From: Eukaryota sp. TZLM1-RC | Lineage: Eukaryota > Protista > Metamonada: BaSk clade | Direction of reading: 5' to 3' | DNA: 64,000 nt | Assembly (NCBI GenBank): GCA_040285825.1 | Contig: JAUPSS010000011.1 | Location: 434,001 to 498,000 of the forward strand | Shown: piece by piece, positions 23,798 through 34,509 of the stretch | How positions within the stretch are numbered: position 1 is the stretch's first letter | Layout of the letters: the number at the start of each line of letters is the position of its first letter | Position numbers and translations under genes: made by a program | Notes under the pieces: model-generated | Told to the model about the DNA's origin: nothing | Database searches by the model: none | What the model saw: only the letters and a program-made list of their open reading frames with translations

Positions 23798-26700
23798 CTA
23801 GATTGCTTCTACATTCCATCTAAGTTCTTTTTTTGCTCTTGAAAACACATGTTCAGGATCTAAACCGTTTTCCATTGCAATTTCTGTTAAAATTAGTTCT
23901 ATTTTGTCTACAATTCCAGCCAACCCACAATAGTAAAAACAAAATTTCTCATTTTGCATATACTCAATAGGGGTTTGCCTATCCTCTTTTAATCTATCTA
24001 ATGGTGTAACAAATTGCTCTTGATCATGAGAAAATGAAGTTTTTAAATGGGTTATAACCCCAGTCTTTGCGTAATTTAATATTTCTTGCTTACAAATAAA
24101 ATCCATTTGCTCCATTCTACACCCTAAATACAAAACCAAGTTTCCTAACCTCCTTCCTTGACTTATAAGTCTATTTCTTTCTTGAAAATGTGCTAGGAAT
24201 GGAGCAATTCCAGTACCCAAAGCAAAAACCATCACAAAACTATCTAAATCTTTTGGAAATTTCAAAGTTCCAGGATTAATTCCAAGACTTGAATAATGCG
24301 TGAATTGAGAAGATAATTGGAATTCTTTGAATAAACGTGTAACATAAGAACTTGTCACTCCCTGTCGTTTTGTACCATCATCAAGTATATAATCGACATT
24401 GACCATGATCATGTGAATCTCATCAGTAAAGACTCTCGGAGCTGATGCAATTGAATACAATCTTGGTTTTTGCAAAGGAATAATGGAGAGCAGTAAATCA
24501 AGAGGGATATTCAATGTGGAAAAAGAGGTAATTAAATCAACAACACTTCCACCTAACTTACACCATTTACTCAAATCATCACCCCCTTCCTTACTTCCAA
24601 AATGTAAAAGTTTTTGTTTTTCACGATCGTCCGACACAAAGAAAGAGAGAGAGTGACAAAATCTTCGACTGGGGCATTCTTCTAAAGCAAAGTATTGGGA
24701 GATTAAGTGCCTGAAGGTAATTCTTGGAGCAAACTTTGATGGTATTTTAGTCCCTTGAATTGGAAGGACAGAAATCAGTTCCTCTGGATTTAACTTCAAA
24801 AAAGTTAAGAGTTGCTCAACCAAATTAGGCTTGTTGTGCGGATAAAGACTTAATGAATCTCCGATATTGTAACTAATTGAAGACCTTGATTGGAAAACCA
24901 CCTTATAAATAGGTCTAATGTAGTCAGAAGGAGTCAACAAAGATACAGATTTGACAAGTAGTCTTGAAGTAAAAGGTACGGGAGGGGGAATTCTCGCCAT
25001 CTTTCCAATACTTTTTGCCACTCTAAACGTTGCTTTAGGATATTCTTCCTTGGCCCGGAGGTGAGGAAACCCCACGAATTCAGGTAAAATTGATAATAAA
25101 CTTTCTGTGAAAGTGTCAAGCTTGGTAAGAACCGAGTTTCTTTGCATTGTATCCACCGAACAAATGTCCAAGATTCGTTGGGCACCCAATGAACTGAGTA
25201 AAGAATCAAAATCAAAGCCAGCCTTGCAAAAGTTTGGAAAAGTAGAAGAACCAAGGGAAAAGATGCAGTAGTTGACATTACAAAGTTCATTGGGTTTCAT
25301 TGAGGGTCTGGATAAGTAATTCCATAAATCTTTTGCAGATTCTGGGATGTCACCAACTCCATAGGTAGAAATGAACAAAACCAAAGTAATAGAATTTGTA
25401 AAACTCAACAAAGCCGATGGTTCAAGATCTTTGGTGTTTTTAATGTCGACTGAAAACCCATTAGTCCAAACTTCGTTAGCACAATTGAGACAGAGCTCCT
25501 CAGCTGTACCAGTAGTGGTACTGAATAGAAACAAAACCTGTACTTTTCCTTTTTCTTTTTCCTTAACTGTGTGTTGCTCAGTAGATAAAAGAGTTGTCCG
25601 ATCGATCGGAGGCACGGGAGCCTTCAAAAGTTTTCTTGCTCGATAAGAAGTATGCAAAAGCTTCTCTGCCATCTCTGAACCTGGTGTTTCCAAGTAATCT
25701 CGGTATAATGTTTGAACCTCCACATTCTGGTCAGAACGTAGCTGAACTCTGCCCTTCTGTTTTGCTAAATCATCAACCACTCTCGTTCGCTTAGCAGTGG
25801 CTTCTTCTCTGTTCTCAAATTTTGGTCCACCCATACCAACAATGCAACCACCAATGCATGACATTACCTCAATGAAAGCAAAAGGACAAGAAGAGAGGTC
25901 TTGTGTGATTTTCTGAACACCAGAAATACCATTGACTACGGCCACTTTGACTTCACCGATACCTTCAACACCAAAATCAACCACAGCCTCCTTCACTCCC
26001 TTCATATGGGGAACCGGAGAAAACTTAATTTCTGGGAGCTCTTCACCTCTCAGCCAATGGTAAACTACTTTCAGAGCCGAGGTCATCACCCCACCAGTCC
26101 TGGCAAAGGATTGGGCTGAGGCTGTTGACTCACCAAGATTGGAGTCAAATGAACTAAATGATGGGGGGTTTTGATTGATGATTTGATTGATTTCAACTAA
26201 AGGATTTCTCAGCTTTGACTTTAAAAATGTCCCAAATTCCCTTGCTGTAAGAACCACATCAACTGCGGGGAACCCCTCCACCACCAGCTCAGGTCTTGCA
26301 GCCTCTGAACCCTTAGTAACACAAGGCATTATGGACACCACTCGGATAACAGAAGGATCAAAACCCTTGAGGAAAGACCAATAACTTTTGATTATTGACC
26401 CTACTAATATATGAGGTGATCTTACAGTGGATATATGAGGCAACAGCTGGGGAGAGTTCTTTTCAGCAAAGGTAACAAAGGCAGGACAGCAGCTAGTGGT
26501 CATTGGTAAAGGTTTCTCAGACCTTCCAGTCAAACGTTGAACAAACTCAAAAGCTTCTTCCATAATGCAAAGATCAGCTCCGAATTCTGTGTCAAAACAG
26601 TAATCAAAACCCAGGGTTCGAAGCCCTGCAATGACGTGCTTTGTGTAATCAGCAGGTTCTTCACCAAATAATTCACCAAACAAAACTCTAATAGAAGGGG

Positions 26701-27379
26701 CTACTTGAGCAACTGTAATTATTAGTGGATCACTTATCCATTCCTCAATCTTTTCAATAAAACTAGTTTCTTTAATTGCACCTGTAGGGCAGACAGAGGT
26801 GCATCCACCACACGAAATGCATCCACTATCACCAAGACCAAGACCTTCAGGAGTCACCGCGACTGTTCCTTCAGATGATACACGTAGTACACCAACTTCT
26901 TGAACATCTCTACACATCTTAACGCATCTCTGACAGCTTACACACATAGAGCGATCAATTGTTATAGCATGGGTGGAATCTTTGGACCATTCAGTACATT
27001 GAGAGGTGAAGGTATCGAGCTCTGACCCAGGAGCGTGACTAGGAATAGAACGAAGTTTCGATTGACGAGAGGTAAGGGTGGACAGAGATTCGAGACGATG
27101 TTTTCTCACAAAAGAATTATCAGTGACGATCTTCATGAATGACTCTGATAGAGTTTCACAAGCTTTGACCAAGGAGGGTTTGTCTTCATCGTGACGTTGA
27201 GCTTGGATTGTGCAGAGGCCACAGGTACCAACAGAGCCTAAATCTTTGTGATAACAGAAATGAGGGATATCGAATCCGGCAGCTTTCAGAGATTCCAAAA
27301 GATTATCACCTTCAAAGGATGCAGGTACTTTATGATCTTCCCCATTTATGTTTAGAAGGACAAAATCTGTGGCATCCAT
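23798..27379 (-). CDS. hydA: [FeFe]-hydrogenase fused to a C-terminal flavodoxin and FAD/NAD(P)H diflavin reductase (CysJ/CPR-like)
   Basis: [2Fe-2S] CYH..CGLC..AC; two [4Fe-4S] CVSCQRC and CISCGGC..CP; H-cluster TSCCP, MPCVTK..E, EVMSCIGGC; STTTGTAE, RLYSIAS, GTGIAPF, YYCG. Confidence 0.95.
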   Translation of the reverse strand: MDATDFVLLNINGEDHKVPASFEGDNLLESLKAAGFDIPHFCYHKDLGSVGTCGLCTIQAQRHDEDKPSLVKACETLSESFMKIVTDNSFVRKHRLESLSTLTSRQSKLRSIPSHAPGSELDTFTSQCTEWSKDSTHAITIDRSMCVSCQRCVKMCRDVQEVGVLRVSSEGTVAVTPEGLGLGDSGCISCGGCTSVCPTGAIKETSFIEKIEEWISDPLIITVAQVAPSIRVLFGELFGEEPADYTKHVIAGLRTLGFDYCFDTEFGADLCIMEEAFEFVQRLTGRSEKPLPMTTSCCPAFVTFAEKNSPQLLPHISTVRSPHILVGSIIKSYWSFLKGFDPSVIRVVSIMPCVTKGSEAARPELVVEGFPAVDVVLTAREFGTFLKSKLRNPLVEINQIINQNPPSFSSFDSNLGESTASAQSFARTGGVMTSALKVVYHWLRGEELPEIKFSPVPHMKGVKEAVVDFGVEGIGEVKVAVVNGISGVQKITQDLSSCPFAFIEVMSCIGGCIVGMGGPKFENREEATAKRTRVVDDLAKQKGRVQLRSDQNVEVQTLYRDYLETPGSEMAEKLLHTSYRARKLLKAPVPPIDRTTLLSTEQHTVKEKEKGKVQVLFLFSTTTGTAEELCLNCANEVWTNGFSVDIKNTKDLEPSALLSFTNSITLVLFISTYGVGDIPESAKDLWNYLSRPSMKPNELCNVNYCIFSLGSSTFPNFCKAGFDFDSLLSSLGAQRILDICSVDTMQRNSVLTKLDTFTESLLSILPEFVGFPHLRAKEEYPKATFRVAKSIGKMARIPPPVPFTSRLLVKSVSLLTPSDYIRPIYKVVFQSRSSISYNIGDSLSLYPHNKPNLVEQLLTFLKLNPEELISVLPIQGTKIPSKFAPRITFRHLISQYFALEECPSRRFCHSLSFFVSDDREKQKLLHFGSKEGGDDLSKWCKLGGSVVDLITSFSTLNIPLDLLLSIIPLQKPRLYSIASAPRVFTDEIHMIMVNVDYILDDGTKRQGVTSSYVTRLFKEFQLSSQFTHYSSLGINPGTLKFPKDLDSFVMVFALGTGIAPFLAHFQERNRLISQGRRLGNLVLYLGCRMEQMDFICKQEILNYAKTGVITHLKTSFSHDQEQFVTPLDRLKEDRQTPIEYMQNEKFCFYYCGLAGIVDKIELILTEIAMENGLDPEHVFSRAKKELRWNVEAI

Positions 27380-27703
27380 GTTCAAAAGCTGCTTTTGGTC
27401 TATGAATGCTGTTTACTGTTGACAAAAGATAAACAATAAGATATCTTCAAAGGATCATCAAAAGAACTTGTGATTAATTCACAATTAGCACAAGATGAGG
27501 CAACAATAGATGAGAAGCAACATTGACCACCACATGTGGACAGATCAGCACAACCAGTAGGCAGCTACTTCGGTAGTATTGATCATTGATCAGCTTGAAA
27601 TTTAAATTTCTAAATCCACTTTATTATTATTTATTATTTAAAAATTATATATTATATATTATATATATTGGATAAAAATAAGTAAGTAAATAACTTTAAA
27701 ACG

Positions 27704-27967
27704 TTCTGGAATCGAGATACCAATTCTGCTCTAGATATTCTGATGTTGGCTCAACACATTCTGGATGGAAGAGAGAGATCAGATGTGTTTAAGAAACAAC
27801 AGTCTCAAACCATTGTTATTGAAATTACTGATGACAGTCTAAAGGCTGCTGGAAAGGGTACTGAAGGTGCTGGTATAGCTATGAGTCCGATGCAACGACC
27901 TGATCTCAATACATTATCACCAGTAGCGAAAGCGAAAGTTGAAGAACAATGTATAGTTTTGAAGTAA
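27704..27967 (+). pseudogene. Fanzor C-terminal fragment (family F5)
   Basis: FWNRDTNSALDILMLAQHILDGRERSDVF is a RuvC-III-type end. Confidence 0.65.
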
Positions 27968-27988
27968 CTTAAGAAATCAAGCTTTTGT

Positions 27989-28186
27989 CTATTTAGGTCG
28001 GTTCCTAGGAGAAAGGCCAAGAGCGAATGTGGTTAGCGTACTATTAATAGTTAGGAACGAGACAATTGTAGGTGTAAGGGAGTCAGAAATGTTGTTTCCG
28101 CTGACGTTGAGGGAAGTTAAGGACACAGGACAAGACAGGATGGTAGAGGTACCAGGGTCACGAAGGAGGTTGTGAATGTTGTCCTG
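27989..28186 (-). pseudogene. Leucine-rich-repeat (RI-like) gene fragment
   Basis: Reads QDNIHNLLRDPG..SLTSLNVSGNNISDS..LTINSTLTTFAL. Confidence 0.5.
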
Positions 28187-28512
28187 TCAAGAGTCATTGT
28201 TAGGTTCAGTGGTTTCTATTTCAAGATGAAAGAAGTGTCAAGTTGATCCCATTATGAAAATATACTTTATACGAACTCATTGAAACAAAACGTTTTCTTG
28301 ATTGGATATGCTAATGTTATCACCTAAAAAACTCCTTCAACTGTAACCTTTTCACGAAAGAAAATAGTTGCGGCAGCTTAAATATCATGTATTATAGTGT
28401 TTAATTATCATTTTGCTCAGCCTTTGTATTAGTATAGATGTAAGAAGTTGTGAATCAATCAAATTTTTATTGTTGACTGTCTGATCTTTTCTCGACTGAC
28501 ATATTCACCCCA

Positions 28513-30411
28513 ATGGCAAATCCAGAGTTGCCACGTCGAGGGCGTGTACTCCCCTGGGAGTTTAACCGTCGTGAGCAACCAATAAATGACAGCAAGACGA
28601 CAGTTCCAGCAAGTGCTGCTCAGTTCTTCTCTACTGCAGCTCTTGTTTCAATGGAAAGACAGTTTCGCTATATTCGAACTGTCACTGTGCTTACTGCCCG
28701 GTTAGCACAGCTGTTCGTCCTGCAATATCCGAAAATGGCTTTCTGGTTATATCAACAACAGTTTTGGTATCAATGTCAAGACTTTGTAATGGTACCTCAT
28801 CCGACTGTGAGACGCCCATTCGAGAATCATATGGAAGTGTACCGCGCACTATATGATGTCTCTTTCCGACCTGGCTGGCCGTTTCCTCCTATTGGCTTTC
28901 AGAAGGGAACCGACAGCTGGTGCCACTCTGACATTAGAAGCTTTCGCGCACTGCAAATGGCGAACAGCTTTTGTCAAATACTTACTGATGGCCCTGTCTC
29001 CTGGAAGCTGAACTTCTTCCGGACAATGGCTACCTTCTTTGAGTGCCCTTGCCCAAAGAAATATGCTTCATTAGTGGTGAACACGACTGCAGCCACTATT
29101 CCTGACTCTTTGTGCGCATGGTATGATGAAGGTCACCATGAGTACATAATGGACCTATTTATTCAGCAGGTTGCTGACCCTCATCGTTTTGACGCTATGT
29201 TGATGCTGGACAATGTTGATCTCAGTCCAGACAACATCACCTTCTTATTCACTGCTGAGCTAAATATTTTATCCTTTCTGGAAAATATTGCATCTGACAC
29301 CATGCGAAGAAATGCCGTGTCCCCATCCCCCAGCTATTCACCTGGCTTTATCTCTTTTAGTCAACAACTGGAAAAACATTTTCTCTCTTTTAATGCCAAC
29401 CGCTGTCTGCTGAAAGATCCGTTTGCATTTTTCAGAAAAAAGAAGTATCTGACTTACACAATCAGTTCAGATGCTGTTTCAATCCGCTTCACTTTTTCTT
29501 TTGCCCCCAAAAAAAATAAGAATAGCCCGACAGCCAGAGAATTGGCAACCACCATAGCCAGTGGGGAACTCGATATACCTGCAAAGAGTCGAAAGCGAAA
29601 CTCTAGACCTCAACTACAGGTCCGTCCAAGGCAACGTCGAAGAACTGACGACGCCTATGAGCCTCCGCCAGTTGATCCTGTGCAATTGATCCTAAACACA
29701 AAAATTTGTGTGGTTATTCAATTGGATCAAGAATTGATAATGACAATGTTGATCATCAACTTTCGGGCCTTGTTCTGAAATCCAAAAGCAAAGAAGATCA
29801 TTCACCCACCGGTCCTGACCCATGCATCACCAAATTGCTATTTTGCTAAGAATTTACACAAATATCTTAATGAAGTAGCAATGCCTTTGATGTGGGTACC
29901 GACACAGGAAGAAATCAGCAATCCCGACTTCCGTCCGAGAACTATACTAGACCAACTGCTGATAAATGGAGATCGCCGAGCCCTGCGCCGCAACAAGTTT
30001 GATTTCTTTATAAGAAGGCAAAAAAGAATAATGGGATTAATTGAAAAAATTAAACTAATGGCTAATGGAAGAGAAACCATAATTTGGTTTGGTAGTGGAG
30101 GTGATGGGCCATCAAGACAAGCTGTGAAAACCCCAAGGAAGCGCTTTTTGAAGGAGATTCAGAAACATTTTACATATGTGAAGCCTAATGGAGATGAATT
30201 CTACACATCTGCCAAAACGAATTGCTATAAGGTATTCAATCAAAAGTTGTATCACGATGATGGGAGGGTGAACAATGATAAGTTTGTATGCCCTCAATGT
30301 CAGACACTCTGGTCGAGGGACATCTCAGCTTCCAGAAACCAACTGGAGATTGCCATAAGTGAGCACTACTACAATGAAAGACCTGAGGCGTTCCGGAGAC
30401 CACGTAGATTA
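28513..30411 (+). pseudogene. tnpB: Near full-length Fanzor/TnpB-like nuclease (family F3, about 630 aa, two frameshifts near 29680 and 29800)
   Basis: RuvC-I AIDPKHKNLCGY (D at 29688), RuvC-II GDEFYTS (E at 30196), CPQC, RuvC-III WSRDISASRN (D at 30319). The sister copy stops at the position of 30409-30411. Confidence 0.88.
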
Positions 30412-30579
30412 GTGTTTTTCCATGTATTGCGTACCTGTACGCGTATTGTGATGTTGCTGCTTTAACCATCATTTGATCGTGATATCATATAGTGATAGAT
30501 CTAAAGTAAGCTTAACGTCTATCAAGATTGCATGAATTGGTCAAAAGCCAGAAGTGCGTTTTGATAGAAATTCACAGTA
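30412..30579 (+). ncRNA. Candidate omegaRNA scaffold of F3
   Basis: Conserved in the 22864-23031 copy up to ...AATTCACAGTA. About 14-bp stem 30518-30532/30555-30568, TGAATT/AATTCA pseudoknot and GCGTA-CCTG-TACGC hairpin. Confidence 0.65.
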
Positions 30580-30937
30580 AATCCACTTTTTTTTCAAAGA
30601 ATTGTTCGTTCTTGACTTCGCTATAGACGTAACTCAGACAGTTTTCGTGAGGATGATTGTGTTCAAGATGACTGTATTTTTGATCTGTAGATGTCCTTTA
30701 TTTGAAAATGAAGTAAAGTAAATTCTTGTTCCTATTTATTTGTTGACTTTTGGAAACCCAAACTGTAGTCCCGATACTTGATTGTGATTATCTTTTTTTT
30801 GAAATTTAAATCACAACACCAGTATAAAAATAAACCATTAAAAGATCACTCAACCATGTTTACCCAGATCAATGAAACACAAAAAAAGAGTACAAGTATT
30901 AATTAGATAAAATTGATTAATTAAAGGAATCGAAGCA

Positions 30938-32038
30938 TCACTTTCCCCCTTTTAGACTATCAATCAAATAATTTTGACCTTGTAAACGTGATTTAACATG
31001 GTCTAGTTCCTCATCAAATGACCTCTTCATCCCAGACATTTTCATTTCTAAACTTTTCTTTTCTTTCTTACAAATACTTAATTCAGTTTCCAAATCTGAA
31101 ATCTTAGTAAGGTACTGGTCAACGGAAGTCCTGTGCTTGTCCTTTAAACAATCATTTTGAGTCTTAATTCTGACATTTTCCATTTTAAGTCGTGATAATT
31201 CAGAAGAAACCCTGTCGAATTTGGCTTCTAACTGCATTCTTTCCACTTCAAGTTTACTGGTTTCCCTATGGTAACGAGTTTCCAGTTGCTCCTTCTCACT
31301 CCTCATCATCATTTGAGAGTCGTATTGTTGGTCATCCATAAAGGAAGTTATTCTGGAAAGTCTCAGTTGGAGATCTTCAATAGTACGTTGACTTTCGTTG
31401 ACTCTTGCCTCAAAACAATCCCGTTCTAATCTTGCTTGGTCTACCATATTCACAGCTTCCTTCATTTGGGAAAGTCTTTCAGATTCACGATTTTTGAGCT
31501 TGTCAATCTGATCTTGTAGTGATTGGCATTTTTGGTCGGCTTCATACTCGGTGTTATAGAGTTTACGTTCAAGTTCCATTATGGAATTTCTTGAAGATTC
31601 TAGTTGACTGGTGAGTGATTTATTTTGACCTTGCAAACGTGATACGTCACGTGACAAAGAGTTAATTTCTGAGTCTTTCTCCTTTATGGTTAGGTGCTTG
31701 CTACCCCCAGCCTCTTTAAATGTATTGGCAGTATTCACGGCTTCTTCAAGCTGAGAATGAAGGCTTTCGATCTCCTCTTCCAATTTTTCAATGTAATGTG
31801 ATTGAGATTGTATTTTGTGACGCAAGGAAGAGTTGGCAGTCGTGAGAGAGGCGTTTTCATCAATGCAATCATCGAGTTTCTGTCGAAGTACATCAATGTG
31901 GGATAGATACGAAGTAACAGATGAGGGTTGTGGGTCTAAGGGTGGAGATGCAGGGCGATGTGGAGGTGTAGGAAGCGTCAGTTCCTTTACCTGTTTTATA
32001 TGTGATGAGTGAGGTCCAAAATGAGATCCCCTTGACAT
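30938..32038 (-). CDS. Coiled-coil protein (weakly SCLT1/SDCCAG8-like)
   Basis: Long heptad ORF with AVNMVDQARLERD; first ATG is MSRG. Confidence 0.65.
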   Translation of the reverse strand: MSRGSHFGPHSSHIKQVKELTLPTPPHRPASPPLDPQPSSVTSYLSHIDVLRQKLDDCIDENASLTTANSSLRHKIQSQSHYIEKLEEEIESLHSQLEEAVNTANTFKEAGGSKHLTIKEKDSEINSLSRDVSRLQGQNKSLTSQLESSRNSIMELERKLYNTEYEADQKCQSLQDQIDKLKNRESERLSQMKEAVNMVDQARLERDCFEARVNESQRTIEDLQLRLSRITSFMDDQQYDSQMMMRSEKEQLETRYHRETSKLEVERMQLEAKFDRVSSELSRLKMENVRIKTQNDCLKDKHRTSVDQYLTKISDLETELSICKKEKKSLEMKMSGMKRSFDEELDHVKSRLQGQNYLIDSLKGGK

Positions 32039-32766
32039 CAGCTGGTTCAACAAAATGTCAAATAGTGGGATTGATGAGGATCTTCAATGTATTGTAAATT
32101 CAATAAATTCATAGAATTAAATTCTTTTGTGATTTAGGGTTCCCTCAACCTACGAATTATTCATTTTACAAAAAAATGCCACGTGGGAAGACAACGCAGT
32201 AGGGTACAACATGTTTAAACATCCATTTTTCATTTATTATTCTCATTACTTCAAACTATATCTGATTTTGATTTACCCTCTGTATATCCAGCATTAAACC
32301 ATTTGTCATCAACTGAACCACCTTAAGTTTCATTTGAACCATTATCAGAAGTACTGATCAGTCCAAGGAAGACTGTCATTAAGATGTTATTTTGGAATGG
32401 TTGACGTCATAATTATTTTTACAAAATATTCATTTTTAAAAGAGAATTACTTTATTTACTATTTATTTCGTGAAATCTCTCCAAGCAATGGTTGATTTCC
32501 TTGGTTAAATTTGCTGATACATTGTGGATATTTTTGATTGGTGGTTGAAGATGATGGTTATTTTTTCCTTCTATAAACACAAAGATTTTGAGCACCACCA
32601 CATGACATTGAATGTATGAAGTTCATTTAATGAGAAACATCGTTTGTAATTAACTTCTAGTTAATAGTTAGTTCATATTATTGGGTTCTTTTTACCTCGG
32701 TCTCAGCTGCAGGTTTTCACATCATTGTCTGCACTTCATACACTGTTGCTAATCAAAACAGAATCA

Positions 32767-33324
32767 ATGAATGCTTTTTTGTCTTCATTTCTACCCTCTC
32801 ATGTACCAGATGTTCTAAAAGAAGAACTCTTTGGTGCCATCAAGGCATTGCATACTGGATCTATCAATAGTGAGGGTCTTTCAACATTTTTGGAGCAATA
32901 CTATTCAAAGCTTGCAAATCTTGGCATTCAGCCATATTATCCAGCTAGGGAACTATTCAATTATCTTATACGACAGTCTAGACAAGCTCATAGGCCAACA
33001 TCGACCCCAACAGATACAACTCAACCACGCAGAAACTCCTTGAATAATCATCCTTATGTCCAAGTTTTTAGGAGTATGTGCAATCAGACTTTCTTCACTG
33101 GAAAACTCAATAGGGATGCCGTTACTATCCTAGACAGAGCTCTAGACTCTTTGTTCGCTAAGATTTTTCTTCAATGTTTGAAATACATGGAAAGTAGGTC
33201 AGCTACATGTGGCAGATTAACTGACCAAGAAGAGAAGCTGATTACTTGGAAGGAGCTTGAACACGTGCTCAGTAACGAGTTTCCGACATTTTATTCAATA
33301 TGGGCCTCTCTTGAACCAAACTAA
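32767..33324 (+). CDS. Hypothetical protein, possibly TAF4-like (TAFH-like N terminus and histone fold)
   Basis: IKALHTGSINSEGL; LNRDAVTILDRALDSLFAKI..ITWKELEHVL. Confidence 0.45.
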   Translation: MNAFLSSFLPSHVPDVLKEELFGAIKALHTGSINSEGLSTFLEQYYSKLANLGIQPYYPARELFNYLIRQSRQAHRPTSTPTDTTQPRRNSLNNHPYVQVFRSMCNQTFFTGKLNRDAVTILDRALDSLFAKIFLQCLKYMESRSATCGRLTDQEEKLITWKELEHVLSNEFPTFYSIWASLEPN

Positions 33325-34509
33325 GTGTATCGCTTGGTTTCTTTTGGTTGTATATTTGACACTGGTTTTTGTTCTTGGAGAGGTAACTTTCTTGAATTAT
33401 AAGTTTGTTCTGACAATTTTGAGACAGTTATCATTTAAGATTTAATAATTGACGTTCTTCTGGTTTGACAGTACTGTTTTCAAATAAAACACTTGTTATG
33501 GGTATTATTTTCAAACTGAAGCTTTTTTTAAAAGAGTTGGTAAGACAAATGACACTTTGATTTGATTTTAATAGGTGATTATGGTGGATAATGAAGTGTT
33601 ATTCAGTTGAACAATCGATTAATAATTCTCTGAATATTAACTCGTTGCTGACTGTTGGTTATTTTAAATTCGTGCAAAAGTGGTTCTACTTCAAAAGACT
33701 GAAGCAATTATGAGTCATTTGATGTCCTTCCCCCATAGTTCGAGAATTCATCTCAATAACTTAAGCAATTTCTTAACTGTGCTGTTAGAAACACTGTTTT
33801 TGACATGGTAAATATTCAAAAATCTCGTCTGTCCAAGAAGTGTTAGAATTGTCTCTTTTAACAATTGTAAGCCGAGGCGTTGACATTATCAGTGTATTTC
33901 ACTAAGTGTTTGACATTTAACCACTTTAAGAGGAGCATACTTTCTTTGAATTAATTTTCGTGTTTCAGAATGCAAAAACTGAATATAGGAATCTCAAACT
34001 TGAGTTATTGAATGCCTGTACTTGATTCTTTTTCATTTTAAAAGAACATTTTCCCCAGTTGAAACCCCAAAATTCAATGTATGAATATAACTACGATTTT
34101 TAATTTTTCCATTTAAATGATTTTTCAGTTCAATTACTCAACTTAGTCACCTGGATTCATTTTTAAGCCGGATTAGAGTTGGAAAATGAGACGAAAACAT
34201 TTCAGCCCTTGAACTATCAAACGAAAAGAAATTAATTAAAAATAATTAGTAATTTGAATTACACTTTGAAACAATAAATCAGTATAAATTACCCGAATTT
34301 CTCGTTCATTCTTTATTCTTATTGTTTCAGTTTTTCAAACGGTTGAGAATGAGTTTCGTCAAAAAATAGATTAGACTTTCTGATAAAAGATACATTGGTC
34401 CCATTGTCCACAAAACGGCTAAACAAATTGCCATTTGAAGTGAGCATCTTCATCATTATGTTGACATTGGTTGAACACTTTTGCCTTGAACTTTTTTAAT
34501 TATAATTAT

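Noticed and set aside
27985-28067. GTTCCTAG/TTAGGAAC stem as the F5 omegaRNA
   Set aside because: Overlaps the antisense LRR coding fragment and there is no second copy to support it
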